Shown here: positions 20,076 through 30,072 of the stretch, piece by piece | Layout: every line of letters starts with the position of its first letter | How positions within the stretch are numbered: the first letter of the stretch is position 1 | Source of the DNA: Spirochaetia bacterium | GTDB taxonomy: Bacteria; Spirochaetota; Spirochaetia; SP-2023 | Assembly (NCBI GenBank): GCA_965225855.1 | Contig: CBDDCK010000005.1 | Location: 1,664,001 to 1,728,000 of the forward strand | Length of the DNA: 64,000 bases | Reading direction: 5' to 3' | Program-made: the position numbers and the translations under genes | Notes under the pieces: model-generated | Told to the model about the DNA's origin: nothing | What the model saw: the letters and a program-made list of their open reading frames with translations, nothing else | Database searches by the model: none

Positions 20076-21563
20076 CTAAATTTTGATTCTACCATATGTA
20101 TCAAAATGAAACTTATTAGAATAGTAGCTATTGCACAGTTGGCATTGAGGAATGGTATTTTCTAGGTCTAATTTCTCGTTAGGGTTCATATGCCCTTGTT
20201 GCAAAATCACTGTAGTATCGGGGAAGTATCTATGGGGCTTGCCTTCTTCACAACCACATGTTGCACATTTCATACCATATATAATTTTCAAATCATGAAA
20301 GGATTTTGCGCTAAGCCTCCCTGCTATTTTTAACGCACTGTGCAAAAATGTAGGTTTGGGGCTTTCCATTGAAAACAAGAGATGATACCCAGAAGGAACT
20401 TTGACACCCAATGTTGGAACGGTATCATTTCTATTGAGCACATAAAATCCATCAGAAGATAAATGCCGTACTTGCTGATCTTTCCCCGCTGCACTGTTTT
20501 TAGATGATACAAAAGAAGATATGGTGTCCTTATGAACAAATTTCCGTATATGATTTCTTAGAAAGACCAACCAAAGAAATTTTGTCGTGTTTTCCTTAGG
20601 TAGAGCGATATTATATTGTGCCAAATAAGTTTCATGCTCTATTTTTAAAGTTTGTACTAATTCTAAGTATTGCCCATCAGTAATTACAAAATCATTTTTT
20701 CCGACATATTCTATCTCATTCATATTCTTTAAGCGTTGTTTGGCAATTTCAACATACTCTTTATTTTTTTCTATTCCTATACCGTTTCTGTTTGTTTGTA
20801 GGCATGAAATAATTGTAGTGCCACTTCCTAAAAATGGGTCTAGTACGGTTTGCTCTGGTTTAGAAAATATTTCTATCAATTTAGAGCATAGCTCAATAGG
20901 CTTTACGGTCAGATGACCGTTGTATTTTTCTTTTTCTGGTTTTTCAAAAGTGAATACGGTTGTCGGTTTTTTACCCCATTTATCCAATTCAACCAGACCT
21001 GTTTGATAACTAAGCCAATTATCTAAAAACGTCCCATCTTTTGGTTTTTGAGCCACGATAATACTTTCAAATTCTGGTTTTAGCTGCGGGGTTTTTCTAT
21101 TCTCTAAACTATCTAACATCTGGTTTTTTATATCATCGCTTACGTTCATTCTGTCAATAAAATGGTTAAGCCGAAACGCTTTGCACTGAGATTTTTTAGT
21201 AAATCTCCATACGTATTGGTCTCTTATTTCAAAACCCGATTGTTCTATCGCAATCGCCATTCTATGGTAAAGCCTCGGTTGACTAAACGATAAGAAAAAA
21301 GCCCCCGGTTTCAACACTCTAAAAATTTCTGCAGCAACCAAGCTGTAAAACTCTTGGAGCTTAATCCCTTGGGCAGGGTCAAACTTCATTCCAACAGGTA
21401 GGCTTTTTATGGTTTTTCCTTTGGATTTTTGTTCTTCAATATGCTCTTTATTCCAACCACTATCCAATTTATCCAAAAAATACGGAGGGTCGGTTAAAAC
21501 TAAATGTACAGAAGCGGGCTCTATTGTCTGCATAAGTTGTATACAATCACCTTCTAATATCAT
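20076..21563 (-). CDS. N4/N6 DNA methyltransferase fused in frame to an HNH-type endonuclease domain
   Basis: TDPPY precedes LDPFLGSGTT (beta-class order); C-terminal CATCG...GHMNP...QCQLCN. Confidence 0.8.
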   Translation of the reverse strand: MILEGDCIQLMQTIEPASVHLVLTDPPYFLDKLDSGWNKEHIEEQKSKGKTIKSLPVGMKFDPAQGIKLQEFYSLVAAEIFRVLKPGAFFLSFSQPRLYHRMAIAIEQSGFEIRDQYVWRFTKKSQCKAFRLNHFIDRMNVSDDIKNQMLDSLENRKTPQLKPEFESIIVAQKPKDGTFLDNWLSYQTGLVELDKWGKKPTTVFTFEKPEKEKYNGHLTVKPIELCSKLIEIFSKPEQTVLDPFLGSGTTIISCLQTNRNGIGIEKNKEYVEIAKQRLKNMNEIEYVGKNDFVITDGQYLELVQTLKIEHETYLAQYNIALPKENTTKFLWLVFLRNHIRKFVHKDTISSFVSSKNSAAGKDQQVRHLSSDGFYVLNRNDTVPTLGVKVPSGYHLLFSMESPKPTFLHSALKIAGRLSAKSFHDLKIIYGMKCATCGCEEGKPHRYFPDTTVILQQGHMNPNEKLDLENTIPQCQLCNSYYSNKFHFDTYGRIKI

Positions 21564-21577
21564 ATTAGCGCCTATTT

Positions 21578-22540
21578 TTATTGAATTGCTAATTGCCTCA
21601 ATATATGGGAGAAACTTTCTTGATTTAATGGTATTTGAAAGTGGAAGCTCGTTTTGCTACTTTCCATTTGGATATTGGGCAATTGATTGCGGATAAATTC
21701 TTGTTTAGAACGTTGGAGTAGGCTGGGTAAAAACAGGCGGAAACCAAATTCAAGGCCTTTGCTCAACAACAGCGAACCAGTCATCAATTCTATATGGAAA
21801 ACATAATTTTTCTCTTCCACTATTTCAACCCAGGCCATTAGCTCGTGAACTGGAATACTTTGGCTAATTTTTGCAAATGATTTGAGGGCAAATGAACCGC
21901 TGTCTCGAGCATTGGAAAATGCTTTTTGTAGCCAAGGGTTGACAATTAAGCGGGCAATTTGTGGGCTGTAAATAACCAAAGGATGTTTGGTTTGCAGCTC
22001 TAAAAAACGCTGGGGTGGCTGGTTGCGTTTTATATTTTTTCGCAACGATTGAGTAAATTTTTGCTGTTCTAAAACTTGCTCTTCTGCGGATAACCCTTGA
22101 CTCAAATAGAGGAGATTGGGCTGGGGCATTTGTAGGGCTTGGTAGCTATCGCTGCGCAAGTAAACATCAGGCAATCGGGGTATTGTCTGCCAATCTGCTT
22201 GTTTATCTAGCTGTCGATTTAAAATTTGGTTATCTAGTTCTAGTTGGTTGATGGCGTAAATTTGGCCTCGTGGCCCAATCGCTATTTGGCTACGCTGCAA
22301 CCGCCTTTTCATAAAATTTTCTAGTTGCTTATTTTTTAGTAATTGGGCTTGTACTTCAAGGTAGAGCGAATTCCGTTGTTTTGGTTGATGAATCGACTGG
22401 ATGCTGAAATATAATAGTTGTTCTTTGGGCAATAAGCCGCTATAATCGGCAATTTTGTTAAAGCTCAATTGTTGGCAGGATAACAGTAAAAAGAACCAGG
22501 CGATAACAATAGAGAAGGGTTTTATTTTTTGTAATAGCAT
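21578..22540 (-). CDS. Hypothetical lipoprotein
   Basis: Lipobox LLSC after a hydrophobic stretch. Confidence 0.7.
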   Translation of the reverse strand: MLLQKIKPFSIVIAWFFLLLSCQQLSFNKIADYSGLLPKEQLLYFSIQSIHQPKQRNSLYLEVQAQLLKNKQLENFMKRRLQRSQIAIGPRGQIYAINQLELDNQILNRQLDKQADWQTIPRLPDVYLRSDSYQALQMPQPNLLYLSQGLSAEEQVLEQQKFTQSLRKNIKRNQPPQRFLELQTKHPLVIYSPQIARLIVNPWLQKAFSNARDSGSFALKSFAKISQSIPVHELMAWVEIVEEKNYVFHIELMTGSLLLSKGLEFGFRLFLPSLLQRSKQEFIRNQLPNIQMESSKTSFHFQIPLNQESFSHILRQLAIQ

Positions 22541-22576
22541 TTTTATTCCTTTTATTGCGTTTTTAGAAATCCTTAT

Positions 22577-23083
22577 CTAACGGAACAAATTAGGACTGAG
22601 ACGGCTATCCAGCCCAAAAAGCAAAGGATTGTAGTTTAAGTAATAAGAAGCAAAAATACTGTTTTGGAAAATTGCTTTTGAGTTGGGTAGGTTTCGATTT
22701 TCCAACACCCATAAAATTACTGAACAAAGTAAAAAGCCTTCTAATAGCCCCATAACGAAAGACAGTAGGCCAGCCACTTCCTTCCCAGAATTATTGGGAA
22801 TAAAGAGACTCAATATCGTTGCTTCTAATATGGCAAAAACTAGCAGAACGCCAAGAAACAATGCACTAAAACCTGCCAAATTAATCCACGGCGGGCTGCC
22901 CAATAAACTCACCAGTTTGTCGCTTACAATTTTGTAATATAAAGAGGCTGTTAGATAGGAGGCACTGATACCTAAAAAAGAAAAAAGCGCTTTGATAGCA
23001 CCTTTATAAACACTGCGGAAACCAAAAAATACAGTAACAATAACTAACAGTAAATCTAGTATTGAAATGGAAAAATTATCCAC
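22577..23083 (-). CDS. cvpA: CvpA family membrane protein
   Basis: LDLLLVIV...RSVYKG.IK pattern; four TM segments. Confidence 0.75.
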   Translation of the reverse strand: MDNFSISILDLLLVIVTVFFGFRSVYKGAIKALFSFLGISASYLTASLYYKIVSDKLVSLLGSPPWINLAGFSALFLGVLLVFAILEATILSLFIPNNSGKEVAGLLSFVMGLLEGFLLCSVILWVLENRNLPNSKAIFQNSIFASYYLNYNPLLFGLDSRLSPNLFR

Positions 23084-23120
23084 GGGTACACAACCCCTCT
23101 ATACGTGTTTTCATATTTGA

Positions 23121-24422
23121 TCAATTTGGTTGCATTTGTTGCCAAATTTTTTGGGCAATATACAAAGCCGCATCGGGAATATCACCCTGATTACAGGGCA
23201 GTTTATCTTGAAGAATTAACAGGATTTGCTCAAGTAATTTTTGGCTATTTCCGCCCTTTGCTTCAGTTTGGCCAATAAAGCAGTGGGCCCAACCTTGCTG
23301 GGCAAAAAGTTGGGCATTGCGCAGCTGGTCGCCACGGCTACCGCTTTGTAAAGGCATCAGTATGGCTTGATTGCCACTGGCCAAAATTTCCCAAAGAGAA
23401 CCAGCACCTGCGCGGGAGAGCACGAACCCTTTGCTCTGGCGGCACAGCTGGTAAATCGCTCCTAAACCTTCTGATATAAATGGTAGGACGTGGTAATTTT
23501 CTAATGCTCGACTCTCATCGACAAAATTTCTTTTTAGCTCGGGATAGTCTTGTTGGCCACACTGGTGCAGAATGTAAAATTGCGTTAAAACATTTTTCTC
23601 TAGCCAATTTTGCACATAGCCATTCAATTCGCTAGCTCCCTGACTGCCACCGATTACAAGAAGTAAAGGCTTGCGCAGTTGCCCTGAACTATTGAACCAT
23701 TGTACGGGTATGAGATAGCTGGCCAATTGTTTTAAATCGAGTAGCCCGTTTGGGCTTTGCCCTGGCTCTGCTTGTTTTGATTGGGTGGAGGAAGATGCGT
23801 AAGTATAGGGGAAAAATTCTGCGCGCACTGGATTGCCGCTTATCTCTAATTTATTTTGATATTTATTTTGATAATATTTTCGGCTCTGTTTATAAGGCAG
23901 AAATAAAGTCTGGATCAATGGCAAAGCCAATCGTGTGGCCAACCCCGGGTCAAGGTCAGACTCATGGGAAAAAATGCTAATCCCCAAAATTTTGGCTGCC
24001 ACAATCCCGGGGACAGTTACAAAGCCCCCTTTGGAAAATAATAGTATGGGACGTTTGTGGCGCAAAATGCGGTAACTTTGCCAAATTCCCAAAGCTGTGC
24101 GGAACAAGTCTCCAAAGTTTTGCCAAGAAAAATATCTACGCAGCTTGCCACACGAAATTCCACAATATTGCCATTGTAAACTAGATTGGCGTAATTGGCT
24201 TGAATGTTGGGCCAAAATGTCTTTTTCAATGCCGTTTTTACTGCCGAGCCAAAGAATTTCTAATGTGGCATCAGGCTGTTTGCAAGCCATAAGTTGTTGC
24301 AGGCGTTCTAGTACAGCTAGAGCCGGGTACACATGGCCCCCAGTACCCCCGCCACTGAATGCTATACGGTAGTGGCGGGGCTTTTCATTTTTTGGGGGAA
24401 GGGTTATTTTATTTTGCAACAT
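23121..24422 (-). CDS. murG: UDP-GlcNAc:lipid I N-acetylglucosaminyltransferase
   Basis: GGGTGGHVYP, GKLRRY, KGGFV, GNPVR, GGSQGA, SRAGA, DQ..NA. Confidence 0.95.
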   Translation of the reverse strand: MLQNKITLPPKNEKPRHYRIAFSGGGTGGHVYPALAVLERLQQLMACKQPDATLEILWLGSKNGIEKDILAQHSSQLRQSSLQWQYCGISCGKLRRYFSWQNFGDLFRTALGIWQSYRILRHKRPILLFSKGGFVTVPGIVAAKILGISIFSHESDLDPGLATRLALPLIQTLFLPYKQSRKYYQNKYQNKLEISGNPVRAEFFPYTYASSSTQSKQAEPGQSPNGLLDLKQLASYLIPVQWFNSSGQLRKPLLLVIGGSQGASELNGYVQNWLEKNVLTQFYILHQCGQQDYPELKRNFVDESRALENYHVLPFISEGLGAIYQLCRQSKGFVLSRAGAGSLWEILASGNQAILMPLQSGSRGDQLRNAQLFAQQGWAHCFIGQTEAKGGNSQKLLEQILLILQDKLPCNQGDIPDAALYIAQKIWQQMQPN

Positions 24423-24472
24423 AGGTCTACTAAAAATTTAAGGAATTGAAAATTAGGCGAATTAAACAGAAA

Positions 24473-27364
24473 CTAATGCAATGCCCCCCAAGATTCTGTG
24501 CTCCATTCACCGTTGACTTTTAGGGGGACTTCTAAGCTATAAGCATTTTCCATTACGTCTAGTACCAATGTCTGCAGCCTGTCTTTTTCTTCTAGGGGCA
24601 CTTCAAAAATTAATTCATCATGTACTTGTAGCAATAATTGGCTTTGCCAGCCTAGCAGTTCTTTGTCCAGCATAATCATGGCTTGTTTTACAATATCGGC
24701 GGCACTGCCCTGTATTAGAGTATTGACGGCCATACGCTCACCGTGGTTGCGTTCGTTTTTGTTGTTGCTGCGTAATTGCCGGATTTTGCGCCGCCGGCCA
24801 GCTAAGGTTTGAACAAAGCCTTGCTCCATAGCTTTTTCCACAGTTTGGGCTATAAAGCTTTTGACCCCGGAAAATTCACGAAAATAGGCTTCGATAAAAT
24901 TTTGGGCATCATAGCGAGTTAGGCCCAAATCTTGCGATAGGCGAAAAGCAGACATGCCGTAGATTACGCCAAAATTGATACTTTTGGCTATGCGGCGTTG
25001 TTCGGAGGTAACTTTTTCTGGCGGCAGATTGAATAACTGGCTAGCTGTTTGTTGGTGAATATCGCGGGTGGAATGGAATGCATGGCACAAACCAAGGTCG
25101 GTCGAAAAGTGAGCTAGAACGACTAATTCGATTTGCGAATAATCGGCAGAGAAAAAGCCCCAGCCGGGTTGGGGTTGGAAGGCACTGCGGATACGGCGGC
25201 CTTCGGTATCTTTGATGGGAATATTTTGCAAGTTTGGGTCTTTACAAGAAAGCCTGCCCGTCTCCGTACCAATCAGCGAAAAATGGGTGTGGATGCGTTG
25301 GGTTTGTGGCAGAATCATATCGGGTAGGGATTTTACATACGTTGAGTGCAATTTATGCAATCGGCGATATTCTAATAGCGAGGCGATTACGGGGTGGAAA
25401 TGCAGCAGTTTTTCCAAAATGGAGTTATCCGTTGAATAACCGGTTTTGGTCTTTTTCCCCGCAGGTAATTTGAGTTTATCAAATAAAATGGTGGCTAGTT
25501 GTTGAGGCGAGTTTAGGTTGAAATTTTCTGTTGTGAGAGTGTATACTTTATTTTCCAAACGCTTTAATTCGTCTTTTAATTCTGTAGCATAATCTTCTAG
25601 TTTGCTGCGTTTGCAGCCAATGCCTCGCAGTTCCATTTCAGCTAAGATGTGCACTAGCGGCATTTCTAATTGGAAAAATAGGGTTTCTAAGCCTTGTTGG
25701 TTTAGCATGGGGGCAAAGGCTTCATACAACTGCCAAGTAATATCTGCATCTTGGGCTGCATATTGGACGGCTTGCTCTAGCACTACATCGGCAAAAGTTT
25801 TTTGTTCTTGGCCTTTTTTGGCTTTTGGCACTAATTCTTGAAAATGGATGGGCTTTATATTTAAATAGCGCAATGCCAAAGTGTCCATGCTAACTGGGTG
25901 CAAACTATCCAGCAGCCAAGCGGCAATCATGGTGTCAAAATAAATATTAGGGATTTTAAGCCCCCACTGGGCAAGCACTTTATAGTCAAATTTAAAATTC
26001 TGGCCAACAATTCGGACGTCTGGCCCTAAATATTTGGCTAGGGTTTGGCGTACTATCTCACTGCTGAGTAAAGGAAAATTTCCGGGTTGGTTCGCTTTGA
26101 TGGGAATATAACAGGCATGATTTTTACTGGTTGCCAGAGATATGCCCACTAGGGCATCACTTAGTTCGTTTAAGCCTTCGGTTTCAGTATCCATAGCAAC
26201 GATTTTTTGCTTAGCAATTTGCTTGCACCATTGGTTTAATTGTTCTTCGCTGCAAATGCATTGGTAATTTTGTAGCACTGCTTTGGGTGTTTGCTCCGAG
26301 CGGGGGCTTGAACTATGATTTTTATTCTCTGGTTCTAATTTTGCCTTTAGCATTGGCGGGGTCAATGCCCATCTTTGGCGGGATAAAAGATCGTTGCCAT
26401 AATTTGCTTGGTTTGCTATTTTTTGATTTTCTGCTTTATTTTCTGTACTACCGCCAAATTCTTTAGAAAGTTTGTCTAAACCCAGATGGGCAAGGAAGTT
26501 TGCAAATTCTACATTGCTTTGGCTGTAAGCACTAACAGGTATTTCAAATTGTTGCCACAATTGCGGCCAATTTGGCCACGAGACTTGCAGTAATTCTGGC
26601 ACCTGCTCAGCTAGGCCAACTAATTCATAACTCAAAAAGGCGTTGTCTTTGGACTCTACCAGTTTTTTACGCAAACTTTCGGGTTTGATCGATTCAATAT
26701 GCTCATAAATATTTTGGAGGTTTTGGTAGTCTGTTAGCAGCTTGGCGGCGCCCTTTGGACCAATGCCTTTGACCCCGGCTACATTATCCGAGCTATCGCC
26801 AACTAAGGCCAAGTAGTCGCGGATTTGCTGGGGCTGCACCTGCCATTTTTCTACGACATAGTCTTTTTTATGTATTGCAATTTGGCCTTTATTTAGTTCG
26901 AGAATATGCACATGCTCGTCAACTAATTGATATAAATCTTTATCTCTGGTAACGATATAGCAATTTTTGCCTTCCGAGCTAGCGCGTTTTGCCAATGTTG
27001 CAATTAAATCATCGGCTTCATAGCCAGAGCTTTTATAAGTGGGAAGACCCCATTTTTCTAGCAATTCATCTAGGTAAGCAAGCTGTGCAATTAAATCTTC
27101 GGGAGCTTGGTCGCGGTTGGCTTTATATTCTGGATAAATTTGGTGGCGGAAAGTTGGGCCAGGGCTATCGAGAATCATGGCCATATGGGGAGCTTGGTTT
27201 TGTTGTTGGGCATGGCGCAATATTTGTTGTACTTGTTTTATAAAACCAAGCAAGGCCGAGACATTTTCACCACGCATATTGGTTAGTGGGCTGCGAATCA
27301 TTGCATAGTAGTTTTTAAAAATAATAGCAAAACTATCTATTAAGTATAGGGGAGCTTGGCCCAT
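24473..27364 (-). CDS. polA: DNA polymerase I
   Basis: 5'-exo YKANR/EADD; 3'-exo DTET; ADYSQIEL, AKSINFGVIYG, LQVHDEL. Confidence 0.97.
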   Translation of the reverse strand: MGQAPLYLIDSFAIIFKNYYAMIRSPLTNMRGENVSALLGFIKQVQQILRHAQQQNQAPHMAMILDSPGPTFRHQIYPEYKANRDQAPEDLIAQLAYLDELLEKWGLPTYKSSGYEADDLIATLAKRASSEGKNCYIVTRDKDLYQLVDEHVHILELNKGQIAIHKKDYVVEKWQVQPQQIRDYLALVGDSSDNVAGVKGIGPKGAAKLLTDYQNLQNIYEHIESIKPESLRKKLVESKDNAFLSYELVGLAEQVPELLQVSWPNWPQLWQQFEIPVSAYSQSNVEFANFLAHLGLDKLSKEFGGSTENKAENQKIANQANYGNDLLSRQRWALTPPMLKAKLEPENKNHSSSPRSEQTPKAVLQNYQCICSEEQLNQWCKQIAKQKIVAMDTETEGLNELSDALVGISLATSKNHACYIPIKANQPGNFPLLSSEIVRQTLAKYLGPDVRIVGQNFKFDYKVLAQWGLKIPNIYFDTMIAAWLLDSLHPVSMDTLALRYLNIKPIHFQELVPKAKKGQEQKTFADVVLEQAVQYAAQDADITWQLYEAFAPMLNQQGLETLFFQLEMPLVHILAEMELRGIGCKRSKLEDYATELKDELKRLENKVYTLTTENFNLNSPQQLATILFDKLKLPAGKKTKTGYSTDNSILEKLLHFHPVIASLLEYRRLHKLHSTYVKSLPDMILPQTQRIHTHFSLIGTETGRLSCKDPNLQNIPIKDTEGRRIRSAFQPQPGWGFFSADYSQIELVVLAHFSTDLGLCHAFHSTRDIHQQTASQLFNLPPEKVTSEQRRIAKSINFGVIYGMSAFRLSQDLGLTRYDAQNFIEAYFREFSGVKSFIAQTVEKAMEQGFVQTLAGRRRKIRQLRSNNKNERNHGERMAVNTLIQGSAADIVKQAMIMLDKELLGWQSQLLLQVHDELIFEVPLEEKDRLQTLVLDVMENAYSLEVPLKVNGEWSTESWGALH

Positions 27365-27368
27365 AATT

Positions 27369-27824
27369 CTAGCCTTTCAGGTCAAACATCTGGCCGATAT
27401 TGTGGGCTGTGCTGTAACCTAGAGTTTTTTGGGGTAGGTCTATATTTTGAATTTTTTGGTAGAGTAATTCACATTGTTGTTGCAAGAGTTTACGCAAATA
27501 TTGGTGTGAAACAATAACTTGCTCAAGAAGTTCCTGGGTTCGTTGTTTGCTGCTTTGGGGCCAGTATTGGGCAATTTTTTGGTAGAGTAATACGGTATCT
27601 ACTTGCTCTTCCAAAATTTGACTGTAATGTTCAAATTGATTGTACTCTAATTCGTTAATGTTGTGGAGGAATTGGATATATTGGGCTAAATACTGTGAGA
27701 TTGCCTTGAGCTTTCCTATATGCTGTTCCATTTGCGCTAGTTCTTGTTGCTGCGCAATTTCTCTCATCATATTTTTAACTTTGGGGGTGCTACTTGTGTT
27801 GGAAAATGTTTCATCAATTTGCAA
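27369..27824 (-). CDS. Hypothetical helical protein, possibly FlgN-like
   Basis: Coiled-coil character with a C-terminal FDLKG; family call is weak. Confidence 0.5.
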   Translation of the reverse strand: MQIDETFSNTSSTPKVKNMMREIAQQQELAQMEQHIGKLKAISQYLAQYIQFLHNINELEYNQFEHYSQILEEQVDTVLLYQKIAQYWPQSSKQRTQELLEQVIVSHQYLRKLLQQQCELLYQKIQNIDLPQKTLGYSTAHNIGQMFDLKG

Positions 27825-27920
27825 ACAAGCATTGTAATTGTTATTGGATAAAAATTGAATAGTCCTATATGATTTTTATATTTTTGTGGTTGATTTTGGG
27901 TGAAACTACCTGAAATTAGG

Positions 27921-27940
27921 TTAAGCATTATAATGCTTAA
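27921..27940. promoter_or_regulatory. Perfect 20-bp palindrome, candidate operator
   Basis: TTAAGCATTATAATGCTTAA, upstream of the run of minus-strand genes that includes polA. Confidence 0.45.
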
Positions 27941-28047
27941 AGTTTTCGCTTAAAGTTTTCTGCCTGTTTAAAATATCTGTGGATACTTGTTTACCGATCG
28001 GTGGGTGTCGGGCCTTTACCATTATGGCCTGACACTACCAAACCATT

Positions 28048-28487
28048 CTAAATCACTTTGCTGGACTTGGCTTTGATGCTTTGAGATATTGTGGTTATCT
28101 CCCGGATAATCAAATATTCTACGGCAACCCCGGCTTGTTTTAATTGGGGAAGCAGAGCCTTAGTCCAGGCGATATGCACCGACTTATCGCTGTTTGGGTG
28201 GTGAATACGTAGAGGCACGTCCAGCCAACCAAGCTGGGCTGCCTGATTATAGCTGGGAGCAGTACTAAAACCAAGATAACCGATGCCATCGCGCAATTGG
28301 GAAACAACCGTCTCCTTACTATTTGCGGCGATAGCGGGTGCCATAAAATATAGCGTGTTCTGTTGTTGTAGCTGACATAGGCTGCCCAGAGCGAAGCCTC
28401 ACGAAACTGTTGAGGTGCAATTTGTAACATGCGTAAAGCTAATTCCCCACCCATACCCATGGAGTCCCATAATAAAAATACAATCAA
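28048..28487 (-). pseudogene. Alpha/beta hydrolase (peptidase S9-like) fragment, frameshifted
   Basis: WDSMGMGG (nucleophile-elbow-like) in one frame and IHHPNSDKSV in the next; no intact 5' end. Confidence 0.6.
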
Positions 28488-28592
28488 AGCGATAGGTTTG
28501 ATTATTTATAGAAGGAGATACCCCAAATTTTTTTAAAGAAGCCAGTAAACTCATCGTATCTTCCAGATATTGAATCTGTTGGAATGGACTAG

Positions 28593-28822
28593 GCCGATCA
28601 ATAGATTGATCGAATGCGGAAAGTTATATTATAGCAAGTTGGATCAAGACCTTGATCGAGTGCGGAAAGTTATATTATAGCAAGTGGGATCAAAGCCTTG
28701 ATCCAAGGCGGAAAGTTATATTATAGCAAGTGGGATCAAAGCCTTGATCCAAGGCGGAAAGTTATATTATAGCAAGTGGGATCAAGACCTTGATCCAAGG
28801 CGGAAAGCTATATTATAGCAAG
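28593..28822 (-). repeat. 46-bp tandem array, 5 units (inverted relative to 15698-15920)
   Basis: Units end at 28638, 28684, 28730, 28776, 28822. Confidence 0.95.
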
Positions 28823-28836
28823 GCACTAACAACCAT

Positions 28837-28868
28837 AAAAAAGCCAGCCATATAGATAAAGCTGGCTT
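28837..28868 (-). terminator. Rho-independent terminator of the DUF4469-type gene
   Basis: Same hairpin as 15651-15683, on the minus strand. Confidence 0.75.
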
Positions 28869-28892
28869 GATATAATATAGCTTTATAGCCTA

Positions 28893-29660
28893 TTACGTTA
28901 CGTTAAATTGTAGTGAAAGTAAGGCTTGCTTTTCTTTGGTAGATTGGATGCTTCCAGAGTAATAGGTCTTTAAGATAACGCTATATTCGCCCGCTGCAAT
29001 ATCGGGAAAGATAAATTGAAGTTCCTTAGGTAGATTGGTAGAAAAGCTGTTTATTAAGACTGTATTGCCAGTAGTTACGTGGCTTAGCTCCAGCCCTGCG
29101 TTGGTGCCGGCTACTTTTAGATTTTCTCCATTTAATATAATCAGTTGGTTTTGTTGTACCGCTAGCTTTTTGTTATCATTCCAGTTGGTATTGGTGCTAA
29201 AGTTCTTGGCATTGGTAAGGCTGGCATTAAACTTAGGCTTAGGTTCAGCGTTGACCTTAACGGCTTGTGCATAGTCTTGCCAATCGCGTTCTAATCGGGC
29301 ATGAATATTTACTTCGTTGCGTCCTTTTTTAAAGGTATCATTCAAGCTATCAAAACTGCCGGTAATAGAAAAATAGGTTTCAAAAAAGCCGTTGCTATGG
29401 GCTTGGCCTTTGGCGGTAAGTTCCTTGCCAACCTTTTTTATGCGGCTACTTAAAGCAATAAAGCTGGCTTTTTCTTCCTCGCTAAAATTGGCTTGCTCCA
29501 TAATGTCTTCTAAACTTTGGTATACCACCTCGCCGGGGCGCGCATAAAAGCTATCACGCCCTCCTATTTTGCTTGGGGCGATATAAACATTCAAAATATC
29601 ATCGCTAATTTTGGGCATTGGCTGGCTCCTATACCATAAAGTTGTAGATGTTGCTGCCAT
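28893..29660 (-). CDS. HU-like/DUF4469-type putative DNA-binding protein
   Basis: HU-like N-terminus (GFFETYFSITGSF); C-terminal G.NLKV.G...NLPKELQFIFP...GEYSVILKTYY. Confidence 0.7.
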   Translation of the reverse strand: MAATSTTLWYRSQPMPKISDDILNVYIAPSKIGGRDSFYARPGEVVYQSLEDIMEQANFSEEEKASFIALSSRIKKVGKELTAKGQAHSNGFFETYFSITGSFDSLNDTFKKGRNEVNIHARLERDWQDYAQAVKVNAEPKPKFNASLTNAKNFSTNTNWNDNKKLAVQQNQLIILNGENLKVAGTNAGLELSHVTTGNTVLINSFSTNLPKELQFIFPDIAAGEYSVILKTYYSGSIQSTKEKQALLSLQFNVT

Positions 29661-29840
29661 ATTATGGCTAGCTATATTATGGCTATTGGGGCAGCGAATG
29701 GCAACCGTTTATCGCTTAAAACCGAATATAATGCAAGTTTCTATTATTTGTAATTGGTACATCAAGCCAATATAGCCAAAGCTATTGATCATTGCATGGA
29801 AACAACCAAAGGCTGAAACAGCCAAAGGCCCAAATACAAA

Positions 29841-30072
29841 CAAAGGCCAACACCCTCAAGCCTTTTGATTGGCATGGATTTTGAACCACCTTACAACACA
29901 AAACAACACTAACACACAAAAAAAGTGCCAACACTAAACAACACTAAACATAAAAAAACTTGTAAAAAAGCTTATATGGGCCTTGACGCAACACCCCCCC
30001 TAGCAAAATGGGGATTTACAGACTAGCCCGTATGGGTTAGCCAATCTTTATCCCTTGTTGGAGGTATTGCTT
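29841..30072 (+). promoter_or_regulatory. Conserved lipoprotein leader (copy 2)
   Basis: TTGACG at 29983, C7 at 29994-30000, hairpins, GGAGG. Confidence 0.6.

Noticed and set aside
15698..28822. 46-bp arrays as CRISPR arrays
   Set aside because: Units are contiguous with no unique spacers, and there are no cas genes in the window.
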